DNA of 64,000 nt. Origin: a virus. The stretch lies in the IMG/VR virus record IMGVR_UViG_3300046170_000173. One strand, 5' to 3'. Positions 28,379 through 38,560 of this stretch are shown here, in pieces. The notes beneath the pieces were generated by a model that saw only the letters and a list, made by a program, of their open reading frames with translations, was not told the origin of the DNA and ran no database searches. Each line of letters opens with the position of its first letter. The stretch's first letter is position 1. The position numbers and the translations under genes were made by a program.

Positions 28379-28544
28379 TCCCCGCTTTGCGGGACTCGAC
28401 ATAAGATCGGATAAGCGCAATATCTATGCTGTGCGCCCACGAACGTGATCTCTCAAACGTGCATGTTGAAAATGCCTTGACGTTCGTTGGATCTGACTTG
28501 CCATCACATGTCCTTTGAGTCCCGCATAAGCGGGGATCTTTTTT
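28379..28544 (+). ncRNA. candidate ~160-nt structured ncRNA
   Basis: Long closing helix TCCCCGCTT-TGCGGGACTC / GAGTCCCGCA-T-AAGCGGGGA, nested helices, T-tract. Confidence 0.7.
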
Positions 28545-28581
28545 ACTTGACATTGACTTTTAACTGTGGTATTATTATATT

Positions 28582-29259
28582 ATGTTTGAACACGTATTTA
28601 CAGAACTAACCGAAATGAATGCTGTTACCACTGAGAAGGGGCGACAGTACCGCACACCTGAAGGCATCAACCTTCCATCCATCACAACAGTTCTTTCGAT
28701 ACTGTCCCGTGAATCTATTGCAAAGTGGCGAGCAAGAGTAGGTCATGAAGAAGCGAATCGTATTTCTCACCGTGCATCTACCCGTGGGACATCTGTCCAC
28801 GAAATCATTGAGAAATACATCAACAATGAAGAGAGTTTCAAAGATGGATATACTCCAGATATTATTAGTAGTTTCCTTGATCTTAAGCCCATTCTCGATG
28901 ATCGTATTGGCGGAGTATATGCACAGGAGGCACCACTCTACTCGAACCACCTTGGTGTCGCTGGTCGGGTGGACTGTGTTGCTGAGTTTGATGGTCAGTT
29001 ATCTATCATCGATTTTAAAACCTCTATGAAACCCAAACGGAAGGATTGGATCACCAATTACTTCATGCAAGAGTCCGCCTACGCAATCATGTGGGAGGAA
29101 CGCACGGGTCGTCCCATCACTCAACTTGTCACCATCATATCCGTAGACAACCACGAACCTCAGATCTTTGTCGAACACAGAGATACGTGGGTCCGTCCCC
29201 TGCGCGAAACAATCGCTCAATATAAAGAAGAAAATTCACACAATTCCCTTGACATATAA
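28582..29259 (+). CDS. PD-(D/E)XK exonuclease (Cas4-like phage family)
   Basis: PSITTVL, RGTSVH, AGRVD, IIDFKTS, QESAYA. Confidence 0.9.
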   Translation: MFEHVFTELTEMNAVTTEKGRQYRTPEGINLPSITTVLSILSRESIAKWRARVGHEEANRISHRASTRGTSVHEIIEKYINNEESFKDGYTPDIISSFLDLKPILDDRIGGVYAQEAPLYSNHLGVAGRVDCVAEFDGQLSIIDFKTSMKPKRKDWITNYFMQESAYAIMWEERTGRPITQLVTIISVDNHEPQIFVEHRDTWVRPLRETIAQYKEENSHNSLDI

Positions 29260-29276
29260 ATAGAATCATGTATATT
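29249..29276 (+). promoter_or_regulatory. late promoter nested in a sigma70-like promoter
   Basis: TATAAATA at 29255-29262 directly after TTGACA. Confidence 0.6.
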
Positions 29277-29304
29277 CACCATATCAAATTATTAGGGAAT
29301 TGAT

Positions 29305-30771
29305 ATGAAAACTTTTAGAACATTCTTGGCCTTGTCTGAAGCGGTAACACAGGATGCCACGAACACAGAGATGGCGATCTGCTACCATTACAATTTTAAA
29401 AGAACGAAGGACCATAGTGAGTCCTTGTCAGATTCTGGTATCTCTGAAAAAGACTTCAAGAAATTAACACCAGATCTTTTGACGATTGGTGAAAAGGTCG
29501 CAGCTCAAATGGGTGACAGAGGTCCATTGTTAATTCACTCCGGTTCTGCAACCGCATCTAAAAATTACTACGAAGGTGCGTCTGATAAAACCCCAAAGGC
29601 AGACTTCTTTGGTAATTCCGAAAATTACATATCACTCAAAAAGGGAGGATCAAGTGGATCTGGCGCACAGTTGATGAGTGCGAAATCCTCAGAGGCGGCT
29701 GGCGTATTTAAGGCCGCGGTTGGTCATTTAGAGAGTGTTAGTAAAACGTCTATTTCCAAAAACAAAGATTTTCAAAGTGCCCTCAAGATTCTTGAGGACG
29801 AGATGAAGTCGACTGCTAGAAATGATTTGAATATAGAAGTTGGTAAGGGAAAGGTTAGTTTTGAAAATTGGTATACAACGTCAAGTTCCAGAAAAGACGA
29901 AGTGGCCAAAAAAGAAAGGAATGCAAAGAAGGTTGAGAAACACTTAAAGGCGGAATTGTCTTTAATAGGTGCAACTAGAGCGTCTAAAGGCGCATCGAAG
30001 AATCTTATACAAGGTATCTCTCCAATTACAAAAGACCAGTTGCAGAAAATGTATACTGAATACGAAGGAGACACGTCCTATAAGGTTGGTGATGTAACCG
30101 TTAGTGCAAAGCACTTAGAAAAAGTTGCAGACGACCAACTGTCTGATCCAGCACTAAAGAAACAGATTACCGATGTTATTCAAACATCTGTTAACTCGCA
30201 AGAATGGCAAGATGAGTTGACCAAGTTCTTCACTAATAATGAAGACCTAAAACAATACATGGTCTATGAAGCGGGTTCTGGTCTTTACAAATTTACTGGT
30301 GAATATACTAACGGGAATAATTATTTTGGTTCAGATCAAAATGTCGCCAATAAGATTCTGGTGTTTTATGATAACGGAATTAAATCAGAATACGATATGA
30401 TGGATTACGCGAAAAATAACACCGCACTAGTGAATAATATCAGTGTCAGTTACAAGGGTTCTGGAAGAAGCAAATACATCAAGTTAGGCATTCAGTCATC
30501 TATGGATCACGAACTTCCAACGTTGATGGAAGAAGTAGAACAGATACAACAACAGTATTATTTGTGTGAAGGTATTTTCAGTAATCTAAAGAACAGGGCA
30601 AAAACATTCTTCACATCAATCAAAAAGGCCGTCATGAAATTCATCGACAAGGTGATTCTGAGAGTGATCGGTAATCTTAAAACCCTTGCACAGAAAGGGG
30701 TATCAACCCTTATGGATGCTCTTGGTTTAGAGTTTTCTGGAAACGTGGCAATGAGTTCACCAACATGGTAA
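29305..30771 (+). CDS. putative internal virion protein with restriction-endonuclease-like motif
   Basis: MKTFRTFLALSE N-terminus; TPKAD...ISLKK...QLMS. Confidence 0.6.
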   Translation: MKTFRTFLALSEAVTQDATNTEMAICYHYNFKRTKDHSESLSDSGISEKDFKKLTPDLLTIGEKVAAQMGDRGPLLIHSGSATASKNYYEGASDKTPKADFFGNSENYISLKKGGSSGSGAQLMSAKSSEAAGVFKAAVGHLESVSKTSISKNKDFQSALKILEDEMKSTARNDLNIEVGKGKVSFENWYTTSSSRKDEVAKKERNAKKVEKHLKAELSLIGATRASKGASKNLIQGISPITKDQLQKMYTEYEGDTSYKVGDVTVSAKHLEKVADDQLSDPALKKQITDVIQTSVNSQEWQDELTKFFTNNEDLKQYMVYEAGSGLYKFTGEYTNGNNYFGSDQNVANKILVFYDNGIKSEYDMMDYAKNNTALVNNISVSYKGSGRSKYIKLGIQSSMDHELPTLMEEVEQIQQQYYLCEGIFSNLKNRAKTFFTSIKKAVMKFIDKVILRVIGNLKTLAQKGVSTLMDALGLEFSGNVAMSSPTW

Positions 30772-31991
30772 TAGAAAACTTCTCTTCCTACATTACTGAA
30801 CAAAAGAACACTCACATGACCCACATTGAGGACAAGGTTCTCTACGGTGGTGTCGACGGTACGCGTGAAGCAATTTATGCATTAACGGGACTACGTGATA
30901 TGTTAGCGGGAAAGAAGGCGGGTAATGTGTCGGTCAAGTGGGACGGTGCACCCGCCATCTTTTGTGGCACCGACCCGTCAGACGGTCAGTTCTTTGTCGC
31001 GAAGAAGGGCATCTTCAACAAGAACCCGAAGGTCTACAAGACCGACGCGGACATCGACGCGGACACCAAGGGAGACCTAAACTCAAAATTGAAACAGGCA
31101 CTCAAGTATCTCCCAGACCTAAACATCAAGGGTGTTGTTCAGGGAGACTTCCTGTTTAGTCGTGCAGACCTACAGGGTAAGAAAATTGGAGGAAAGAAAT
31201 ACGTTGTCTTTCACCCAAACACTATCGCATACGCAGTACCTTGGGAACAGGCAGCAGATATACGCGCCGCAAAGATTGGTATTGTATGGCATACGACCTA
31301 CACCGGAACATCTTTTGAGAACATGAAGGCGTCCTATGGTGTGGACATGTCTCGGTTCCGCACGTCGCGCAATGTATGGTCGCAAGACGCTATGCTCCGC
31401 GACGTGACTAACGCGACCATGAGTTCAGAAGACACCAAAGAGGTCAATTCTCTGTTAACTAAAATTGGTCGTCTTTTTGGTCAGACTTCTGAGATCACAA
31501 TCAAGTCTCTAGAATCAAATCAGAACCTTGCACAGGCGATCGAGACATACAATAATTCGTTCGTTCGTGCAGGCGCACTCATCCCAGACTCTACCAAACA
31601 CGTCACGGGATTGGTCGCAAACCGTCAAGCATACTATCAAAAAGAGATCGCCAGTAAGAAGTCCCAACGTGGAAAAGACACGTGGATTCAGAAATATGCA
31701 GATGAAATGAAGTTTTTCTCGTCAGACAACAAGGCAAATCTCGTAAAAATGTTTGAAATGCAACGTTTGATGGTACTGGTCAAATTAAAACTTATAAATA
31801 GTTTGGACAAACTAAAGACGATCGATACCTTCGTTCAGACAGTTGACGGATACCAAGTCACTGGAGAAGAGGGGTATGTGGTGATCGATACACTTGGTGG
31901 TGATGCGGTGAAATTGGTTGATCGTATGGAGTTCTCATACAACAACTTTTCATCTGATATATTGAAAGGGTGGGATTCCGCCCGTAGATAA
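30765..31991 (+). CDS. conserved T4-like protein (DUF6267-like)
   Basis: KNTHMTHIED, KWDGAPA, HPNTI, EGYV, KLVDRMEFS. Confidence 0.8.
   Translation: MVIENFSSYITEQKNTHMTHIEDKVLYGGVDGTREAIYALTGLRDMLAGKKAGNVSVKWDGAPAIFCGTDPSDGQFFVAKKGIFNKNPKVYKTDADIDADTKGDLNSKLKQALKYLPDLNIKGVVQGDFLFSRADLQGKKIGGKKYVVFHPNTIAYAVPWEQAADIRAAKIGIVWHTTYTGTSFENMKASYGVDMSRFRTSRNVWSQDAMLRDVTNATMSSEDTKEVNSLLTKIGRLFGQTSEITIKSLESNQNLAQAIETYNNSFVRAGALIPDSTKHVTGLVANRQAYYQKEIASKKSQRGKDTWIQKYADEMKFFSSDNKANLVKMFEMQRLMVLVKLKLINSLDKLKTIDTFVQTVDGYQVTGEEGYVVIDTLGGDAVKLVDRMEFSYNNFSSDILKGWDSARR
31793..31800 (+). promoter_or_regulatory. T4-type late promoter
   Basis: TATAAATA. Confidence 0.5.
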
Positions 31992-32014
31992 CATGGGAAA
32001 AACCAAAGGGGATA

Positions 32015-32380
32015 ATGACTGTGGAGTCGTTTAAACAATTTGTGGACGAAGTCCTAGATAACGCCCAGCGACGTAAACTCGCAATGCGAATGAAAAAGAA
32101 CAAGGCGAAGATCGCTATTGCTCGAAAGAAATCAGAACGCAAGATGGCGAACATGGACACACTAAAGAAACGCGCACGTAGATCCGCGCGTAACCAGATG
32201 GTAGACAAACTTGCAAAGGGTAAGTCAAAAGATCAAATGTCACTCGCGCAGAAGAAGAACATCGAGAAGCGTCTAGACAATCCTGCCATGCAAAAGAAAA
32301 TTGACCGTGGTGCCAAGAAACAACTAAAGGTTGTTCGTAAGGCAGAAATACAACGTAAACGTGGACGCGGTCAAAAGTAA
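32015..32380 (+). CDS. highly basic putative internal virion protein
   Basis: SFKQFVDE N-terminus; K/R-rich. Confidence 0.7.
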   Translation: MTVESFKQFVDEVLDNAQRRKLAMRMKKNKAKIAIARKKSERKMANMDTLKKRARRSARNQMVDKLAKGKSKDQMSLAQKKNIEKRLDNPAMQKKIDRGAKKQLKVVRKAEIQRKRGRGQK

Positions 32381-33996
32381 TGATAAAGAATTTTTCACAA
32401 TACCTCGTAGAAGAGGAGCGTGAAGTATTTTTCACGTTTGGTCGCATGAACCCGCCCACCGTTGGTCACGGCAAGGTCATGGACACACTATCAACCAAGT
32501 CGGGTAAGTCTGACTACAAAGTCTTCGTGTCGCAATCTCAAGACCCGAAAAAGAACCCGTTGTCGTATAGTGATAAGATCAAACACACACGTAAGATGTT
32601 TCCAAAACATGCACGAAACATCATCGCAGATAAGTCGGTAAAGACCGCAATCAATGCGATGGTCGCTCTGTATGACCAAGGTTACAAGTCAGTAACAATG
32701 GTCGTTGGGGAAGACCGTATTACAGAATTCGATGTCCTGTTGAAAAAATACAACGGGACGAAGGGCCGTCATGGCTTCTACAATTTTAAAAACATTAACA
32801 TAGTATCTGCTGGTGAGAGAGATCCAGACGCTAGTGGTGTGGAAGGGATGTCAGCGTCTAAACAGCGAGAGAATGCAGCGAATAATGATTTCGTAACGTT
32901 CGCGCAAGGCGTTCCCAAGTCTATGTCCGATAAAGACACACGTAAGTTATTTAACGACGTGCGTAAGGGTATGGGACTTAAAGAAGCCCTAGAATTCCGT
33001 AATCACCTAGAACTAAAAACAGTATCAGAAACTCGCGAACAATATGTTGCGGGTTCTCTGTTTGAAGTCGGCGATACAGTAGTCATCAAAGAAAGTGATG
33101 AGGTGGCTACTGTAGTCGTTTTAGGAGCAAATTACGTCATTGTAGAACACAATGGCAAGAAGTCCCGCAAGTGGTTAGACGCAGTCGAGAAACTTGAAGA
33201 GGATGTATCACAAAGACAAATAGACGACCTAGAGAAGTTCGGTGATCGTTTGTTGAAGAAGTTCGACATCGATGTCGAGTTCACCCGTCATTTCGCAGAT
33301 CGTATGAACGACAAGCGCAATGACCCAGAGATCAAGGTCGCAGAGATTCAGCGTTTGTTCAAGAAGATTGCAAAGAACAAGGGCAAAGACATTAAGAAAC
33401 ACGGAGATGCAGAAGCGGTCCTCAAGGACATGCAGTCAGATCTGAATCTTCCGGTTGTTGTAAATTTCAAAGACGGTGAGTTCGAGGTGGTCAACAAGAC
33501 CATCATGCGCAAGAAGGGATTCAAGACAACAAGTCCAGAGATCAAGTATGAGGCTCAGGATCCTGATATAAAGGATAAGGAAGGAACTCAACCAGCGCGA
33601 TATCACGCAGGACTCAAGAAGTCCACCAAAGATAAACGTGATGCGCACTTCAAGAAACACGGTAAAAAAGCAGACAACGATTCATCTGCATACAAACCAG
33701 CGCCAGGCGATGCAACCGCAAAGACCAAACCATCGAAGTATACCAAGGCGTTCAAGGACATGTATGAAGAACAGGATAAGATCCTAGAGAACTGGGTGAC
33801 TGATCTCATGAATAAGTTGGACGCTAAGTCTATCCATAGGAATAAATATAAGAAAGTCGCACAGTACATCAAGAAAGAACTTGATAAATCTGGAGACGGA
33901 CGTTCAATAGAATATCACGCCGCTAACACTATTCGTAAGTTCAATCTGGACATGGATAGAAAGGCATTGGCGGGTATGATAAGGCAATTGGCATGA
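32380..33996 (+). CDS. cytidylyltransferase-like (HIGH-fold) multidomain protein
   Basis: TFGRMNPPTVGH, KNPL, SAGERDPD, MSASKQR; extra C-terminal domains. Confidence 0.8.
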   Translation: MIKNFSQYLVEEEREVFFTFGRMNPPTVGHGKVMDTLSTKSGKSDYKVFVSQSQDPKKNPLSYSDKIKHTRKMFPKHARNIIADKSVKTAINAMVALYDQGYKSVTMVVGEDRITEFDVLLKKYNGTKGRHGFYNFKNINIVSAGERDPDASGVEGMSASKQRENAANNDFVTFAQGVPKSMSDKDTRKLFNDVRKGMGLKEALEFRNHLELKTVSETREQYVAGSLFEVGDTVVIKESDEVATVVVLGANYVIVEHNGKKSRKWLDAVEKLEEDVSQRQIDDLEKFGDRLLKKFDIDVEFTRHFADRMNDKRNDPEIKVAEIQRLFKKIAKNKGKDIKKHGDAEAVLKDMQSDLNLPVVVNFKDGEFEVVNKTIMRKKGFKTTSPEIKYEAQDPDIKDKEGTQPARYHAGLKKSTKDKRDAHFKKHGKKADNDSSAYKPAPGDATAKTKPSKYTKAFKDMYEEQDKILENWVTDLMNKLDAKSIHRNKYKKVAQYIKKELDKSGDGRSIEYHAANTIRKFNLDMDRKALAGMIRQLA

Positions 33997-34265
33997 TAAA
34001 TTTCAAGAAGTACCTTGAAGAAAAAAGATATGGTCTCTACTCCGATCTCGATTTAGAGGAAGGTCCAGACGGTATCGCAGCGAAGGCGAAGAAGTCGGGT
34101 ATCTCACCAGACACACTTCGCAAGGTTTATAATAGAGGTGTTGCTGCATGGAAGACGGGTCACCGCCCAGGCACCACACCGCAACAATGGGGAATGGCAA
34201 GGGTTAACGCCTTCATCGTAAAGAAGAAGAAAGGTAACCTAAACCATGACAAAGACTTAGCATAA
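33993..34265 (+). CDS. small conserved phage protein
   Basis: KSGI...LRKVYNRGVAAWKTGHRPG...ARVN. Confidence 0.75.
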   Translation: MINFKKYLEEKRYGLYSDLDLEEGPDGIAAKAKKSGISPDTLRKVYNRGVAAWKTGHRPGTTPQQWGMARVNAFIVKKKKGNLNHDKDLA

Positions 34266-34290
34266 AACTCAAAAGAGGTTTTAAACAAAA

Positions 34291-36732
34291 ATGGCAAATC
34301 AAATTTTAGCGGGTGCGGTGTTTCAGGCTGGTCAAGTAATTGCCGGTGTTGACGCAGACAATCCGCCATACGTAGGACCACCACCACCAACATTAATAGT
34401 AGGTGCAAAATTTAATGATCAAACAGGTTCATTATATTCTTACAATTTAATGGATCTTTCTTCCGAACCAACTAAAATCACGGCTAGTGATGGAGAACCT
34501 TGGGAACAATTTGGTGTCTCTCTTGACATCTCAGGAAATGTTGCGGTTGTAGGTGCATATGACGATGATGATGGTGGAACCTACGCAGGATCAGTATATG
34601 TCTATAATCTATTAGATTTATCTGAAGCACCAACTAAACTGGTTCCTTCTGAACTCGATGATTACGATGATTTCGGCCTTTATGCTGCAACCAACGGAAA
34701 CCTTATTGCAGTCGGTGCAAGAATGGACGACGATGCCGCCGGAAATGCTGGTGCAGTTTATGTGTACGACGCATCTAACCTATCCGCGCAACCAACTAAA
34801 TTAATTCCACCATCAAGTGTTGACAGTCAATATTTTGGTAGTGATGGATTGTCAATGGACGACAGTTCTTTAGTGGTAGGTGCCTTGGGATCTAGTACAG
34901 TTTATGTTTACGATGTAAATGACCTATCCGCACAACCAACCGCACTAACTGCGTTTGACGCTGCAGCAAACGATGGGTTTGGTAAAGCAGTTGCAATGAC
35001 ATCTACTAAGATATTCGTTGGTTCTTTGAATGACGATGATAATGGTCAGGACACCGGATCTGTTTATATCTTTGATAGAAGTGACCTATCCGCACAAGCA
35101 ACTAAACTAACTGCCTATGACTCCACATCACAACAAAGATTTGGTGGGACTTTGGCAGTTAGTGATAACTATCTATACGTCGGCGCTCAAGGATACTTAA
35201 GCAATCAGGGTAGAGTTTACGCATATACACTCAGCAATTTATCCGCACAACCAAGTCAACTAGTTGCATACGATGGTCAATCAGGTGATGTGTATAGTAT
35301 CGGTTTGTATGCATCCAACGGATTCTTGGCAGTAGGAGCGTATTTAGACGACGATCCAAATCAGTCAGGTGCGGTGTATGTTTACGATGAAAGTGATCTA
35401 TCCGCACAACCTACCAAGTTAAAACCTTCGGATATAGATACAAGCGCTCATTTTGGATATGCCTTTGCGATTGGCGCAGCAACACCACCAGTAACAGTAT
35501 CATCTGGATCATCTTCTTCCGTAACATCTTTATCTCCAAAATGGTTGGTTGTTGGCGCTCCTAATGATCCCGACGCGGTCGGCGCAGCGTCAGGTTCGGT
35601 CTATCTTTTCGATGCGAACGATCTATCCGCACAACCGACTAAAATACTTTCTCCAGACCCAAACACTTACGATGAATTTGGTAAAGAGGTATCTGCCTTA
35701 GGTGACACCTTTGTTGTAGGTGTCTGGGGAGACGATGACGACGGTAGCTACTCAGGTTCGGCATATGTGTATGACGCAAATGACCTTTCTTCTCCTACCA
35801 AACTAACTGCGTTTGACGGTAGTAATATGGATACTTTCGGTTGGTCAAATACAATTACAACTAGTCAAATCGTCATTGGTGCTCCTAAAGAAAGTAATGA
35901 GAAAGGTTCGATCTATGTTTATGATAGAAACGATCTAACTGCTCAGGCAACTAAACTAATGGCACCAGACGCAGAGAACGGAGACCAGTTATCTTGGTCT
36001 GTTGATGCTACGGATTCTTTGATTGTTGCAGGTGCCCGATATGATGACAACACTGCGTCGAATAATGGATCTGCTTATGTTTGGAACGCAAATGATCTAA
36101 CTTCTGCCCCAACCAGATTAACTGCGTTTGACGAATCCGAGTCCGAATATTTCGGCGAGGCGGTTTCTGTAAGTGACAAGCATGTAGTCGTAGGCGCATG
36201 GGCAGAAGATCCTACTAACCCAGCTAATGGTGCGGTAGTTAACAACGGTGGAGCGGTATATGTCTTCAATACTTCAGATCTATCTGCACAAGCGACTAAA
36301 CTAACTCCTCTTGATGCCGGATCTGCCCAACCGAACGAATATTTTGGACGAGCGGTATCGGCTACTAATGATTGGATCGTCGTTGGTGCACGAGGAAATA
36401 ATAGTATGAATCTTCGCCGAGGCGTAATATACGTATACGATGCGAACGATTTATCAGCAGAACCTACTGTAGTGCATCCGCCAGGAAATCATCACGCACA
36501 AAGAAACCTATACTTCGGGTCTCATGTAGACATAATCGGAAATATGATTGTCGTTGGTGTTCCTAGTGATGATACTAATGCAAATGATGCTGGTGCAGTA
36601 TATGTATATGATGCAAGCGATCTTTCCGCGGCACCTACACAGTTAACTCAATATGACAATATGACTGCAAACGGTATAGGCGGAACCGGCGATTGGTTCG
36701 GATCTGCGGTTGCTATCGGTGGCGTTGAATAA
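34291..36732 (+). CDS. FG-GAP repeat beta-propeller protein
   Basis: About 14 repeats of FG...VVGA..DD....GxVYVY, each linked by DLSAQPTKL. Confidence 0.88.
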   Translation: MANQILAGAVFQAGQVIAGVDADNPPYVGPPPPTLIVGAKFNDQTGSLYSYNLMDLSSEPTKITASDGEPWEQFGVSLDISGNVAVVGAYDDDDGGTYAGSVYVYNLLDLSEAPTKLVPSELDDYDDFGLYAATNGNLIAVGARMDDDAAGNAGAVYVYDASNLSAQPTKLIPPSSVDSQYFGSDGLSMDDSSLVVGALGSSTVYVYDVNDLSAQPTALTAFDAAANDGFGKAVAMTSTKIFVGSLNDDDNGQDTGSVYIFDRSDLSAQATKLTAYDSTSQQRFGGTLAVSDNYLYVGAQGYLSNQGRVYAYTLSNLSAQPSQLVAYDGQSGDVYSIGLYASNGFLAVGAYLDDDPNQSGAVYVYDESDLSAQPTKLKPSDIDTSAHFGYAFAIGAATPPVTVSSGSSSSVTSLSPKWLVVGAPNDPDAVGAASGSVYLFDANDLSAQPTKILSPDPNTYDEFGKEVSALGDTFVVGVWGDDDDGSYSGSAYVYDANDLSSPTKLTAFDGSNMDTFGWSNTITTSQIVIGAPKESNEKGSIYVYDRNDLTAQATKLMAPDAENGDQLSWSVDATDSLIVAGARYDDNTASNNGSAYVWNANDLTSAPTRLTAFDESESEYFGEAVSVSDKHVVVGAWAEDPTNPANGAVVNNGGAVYVFNTSDLSAQATKLTPLDAGSAQPNEYFGRAVSATNDWIVVGARGNNSMNLRRGVIYVYDANDLSAEPTVVHPPGNHHAQRNLYFGSHVDIIGNMIVVGVPSDDTNANDAGAVYVYDASDLSAAPTQLTQYDNMTANGIGGTGDWFGSAVAIGGVE

Positions 36733-37185
36733 ATGAAAAGGTTTACTGAAATAAGAGAAGCAAGGCGGTCTGCACAAGACCGTCTTTCCGCACGTGCGGC
36801 GAAACATGGTCTTGGGTCTCAAAAGAAACTAGACAGGATCAAGAAGTCGGCTGACTTTTTCAGTAAACCACCACCATCCTTCTCCAAGGCAGAATTGAAG
36901 AAGATGGGTTACGCAGTAGAATCTACTGACGCCCAGTTTGATGCGTGGTATAATAAGTCACGAGAACTTGATAAGATGCAAAGAGTCTCGGCGGATAAAC
37001 TTAAAAAGTTTCCTAGAGGTTCTACAGGGTTGACTCCTGATTCGGTAAAGAAAGATCCTAAGTTTAAAAAAGCAAAGGCGGAGTCTGAAAAGATTTTCAG
37101 TGCGGTCAGACAACATAACAGTCGCGCATCAAAAGACTGGTTGCGAATGGCCCGAGATCGTCGACGACAGGACAAATTAAAATAA
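36733..37185 (+). CDS. basic putative internal virion protein
   Basis: MKRFTEIRE; GLTPDSVK motif. Confidence 0.7.
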   Translation: MKRFTEIREARRSAQDRLSARAAKHGLGSQKKLDRIKKSADFFSKPPPSFSKAELKKMGYAVESTDAQFDAWYNKSRELDKMQRVSADKLKKFPRGSTGLTPDSVKKDPKFKKAKAESEKIFSAVRQHNSRASKDWLRMARDRRRQDKLK

Positions 37186-37194
37186 GGAATAAAT

Positions 37195-37377
37195 ATGAGT
37201 AAGACTAAGAAACCACGCAACAAAAAGATGTCTCAAGAGAAACGAGAAAGGTTGCAGTCTACTAGTTCTGAAAATAATAGGTTTAGTTTAAAGGGCGATC
37301 CCGGCCCAAATCTGAAAAGTAATAATACAAATCGCGCACAATCTAAGGTATTTCGAGGCGCATCAAGAGGAAGTTAA
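37195..37377 (+). CDS. small basic protein
   Basis: SD TAAGGA; K/R-rich. Confidence 0.6.
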   Translation: MSKTKKPRNKKMSQEKRERLQSTSSENNRFSLKGDPGPNLKSNNTNRAQSKVFRGASRGS

Positions 37378-37378
37378 A

Positions 37379-38560
37379 GTGAAAGATTTTTTTGAATTAA
37401 GAGAAGGTAAGGTCACTGCTGAGCTTGAGTCTGTCGAAGAGTCGGTACAGCTTGATCTAACAGAGGCAGCAGTATCACGGTCCGACTTTGAGAAGTTAAA
37501 GAAGGGAATGCGAATTGAGATTGAATTCGGTTCTTCTATTAGTTCTAGTCAGAAGCGAGTTTTCACTGTAAAGAGTACATCTCGTAGTGCAAAGTACAAT
37601 GTCGACAAGGTTAATATGACCATTGATGGTAAAGGTAAGTATCACCTATACAGTCGTAATGGTAAGGACGCGACTCTTGCGCTAGGTAATATGGCTGCAA
37701 GTATCAAATCATACAAGATTCTAGGTACTAATGAGTCGGTCGAACTTGACGAAGCAGTAAACATGGGACCGTGGAATCGTGGTGCTATCAATAAAGCAAT
37801 GGCTAAGGCAGGCATCAAAGGTCCACAAGGCAAGGCATTCATCGCAGCATTGCGTGTGTCCGGAACTGTTAAAGAAGATGTTGAGGATGTAGAACTTGAC
37901 GAAGCCGCAGATTTTGAAAAGATATCTAATGAACTCTTGAAACATAAGAAAAAGGGTATTGAGTTCGAGAAGGCCGCTGCATTCGCACGTGTTATGTTTA
38001 TGAATTCCTCTTTAAGTGTACAGGATAAGGCATTCATGGGTTTGACTAAGTTGCTCAAGGATATGGACGACTTGGTAAAGAAGACCACTATTACTAAAAT
38101 CCTAAAAGATAACGGATTCAGGGTAAAAGGTGGTAAACTTATGCGTGAAGGGTTAGAGGACTCAGTAGAATCGCTTGATGAAAATTACCGAACTCTTGCA
38201 ACTAAAGGCATGGGCGCAGAGACAAAGAACTCAATCAACGTTGGAAGAGGTGTTGATTTCTACGAACCTAAGAATGGCGATAAGAGAATGGGCAAGATCA
38301 CTAAGATGACCAAATCTGGTTATGTGGTCAAGGACGAAAAAGACGGTAAGTCTTATACATTCTCTTTCCACGATAGTTCCAAGGCAAAAGAATTACTTGC
38401 AAAACATGGCAAGGGTAAGTACAACGAGTCAGTCAAGACCGAAGACAAAGGTCAGTTCATCTACGCCGCGAAACAGGCGAAGGCGAAAGGTGACTCTACG
38501 TTTGTATTCGCGGGTAAGACCTACAACTGTGAAGAGGTTCTGGAGAATGAAACCGTTTAA
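37379..38560 (+). CDS. putative internal virion polyprotein
   Basis: MKDFFELRE; repeated LxE linkers (LTE, VELDE twice, SLDE). Confidence 0.7.
   Translation: MKDFFELREGKVTAELESVEESVQLDLTEAAVSRSDFEKLKKGMRIEIEFGSSISSSQKRVFTVKSTSRSAKYNVDKVNMTIDGKGKYHLYSRNGKDATLALGNMAASIKSYKILGTNESVELDEAVNMGPWNRGAINKAMAKAGIKGPQGKAFIAALRVSGTVKEDVEDVELDEAADFEKISNELLKHKKKGIEFEKAAAFARVMFMNSSLSVQDKAFMGLTKLLKDMDDLVKKTTITKILKDNGFRVKGGKLMREGLEDSVESLDENYRTLATKGMGAETKNSINVGRGVDFYEPKNGDKRMGKITKMTKSGYVVKDEKDGKSYTFSFHDSSKAKELLAKHGKGKYNESVKTEDKGQFIYAAKQAKAKGDSTFVFAGKTYNCEEVLENETV

Noticed and set aside
28379-28544. Firm assignment as 6S RNA, tmRNA or a ribozyme
   Set aside because: I could not see a tRNA-like domain, tag ORF, catalytic core or symmetric central bubble by eye, so it is kept as an unassigned ncRNA candidate.
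34291-36732. Regular short repeats as a CRISPR-like array
   Set aside because: They are degenerate, in frame and encode propeller linkers. No CRISPR array was seen, and the 28582 nuclease is the usual solo phage family.
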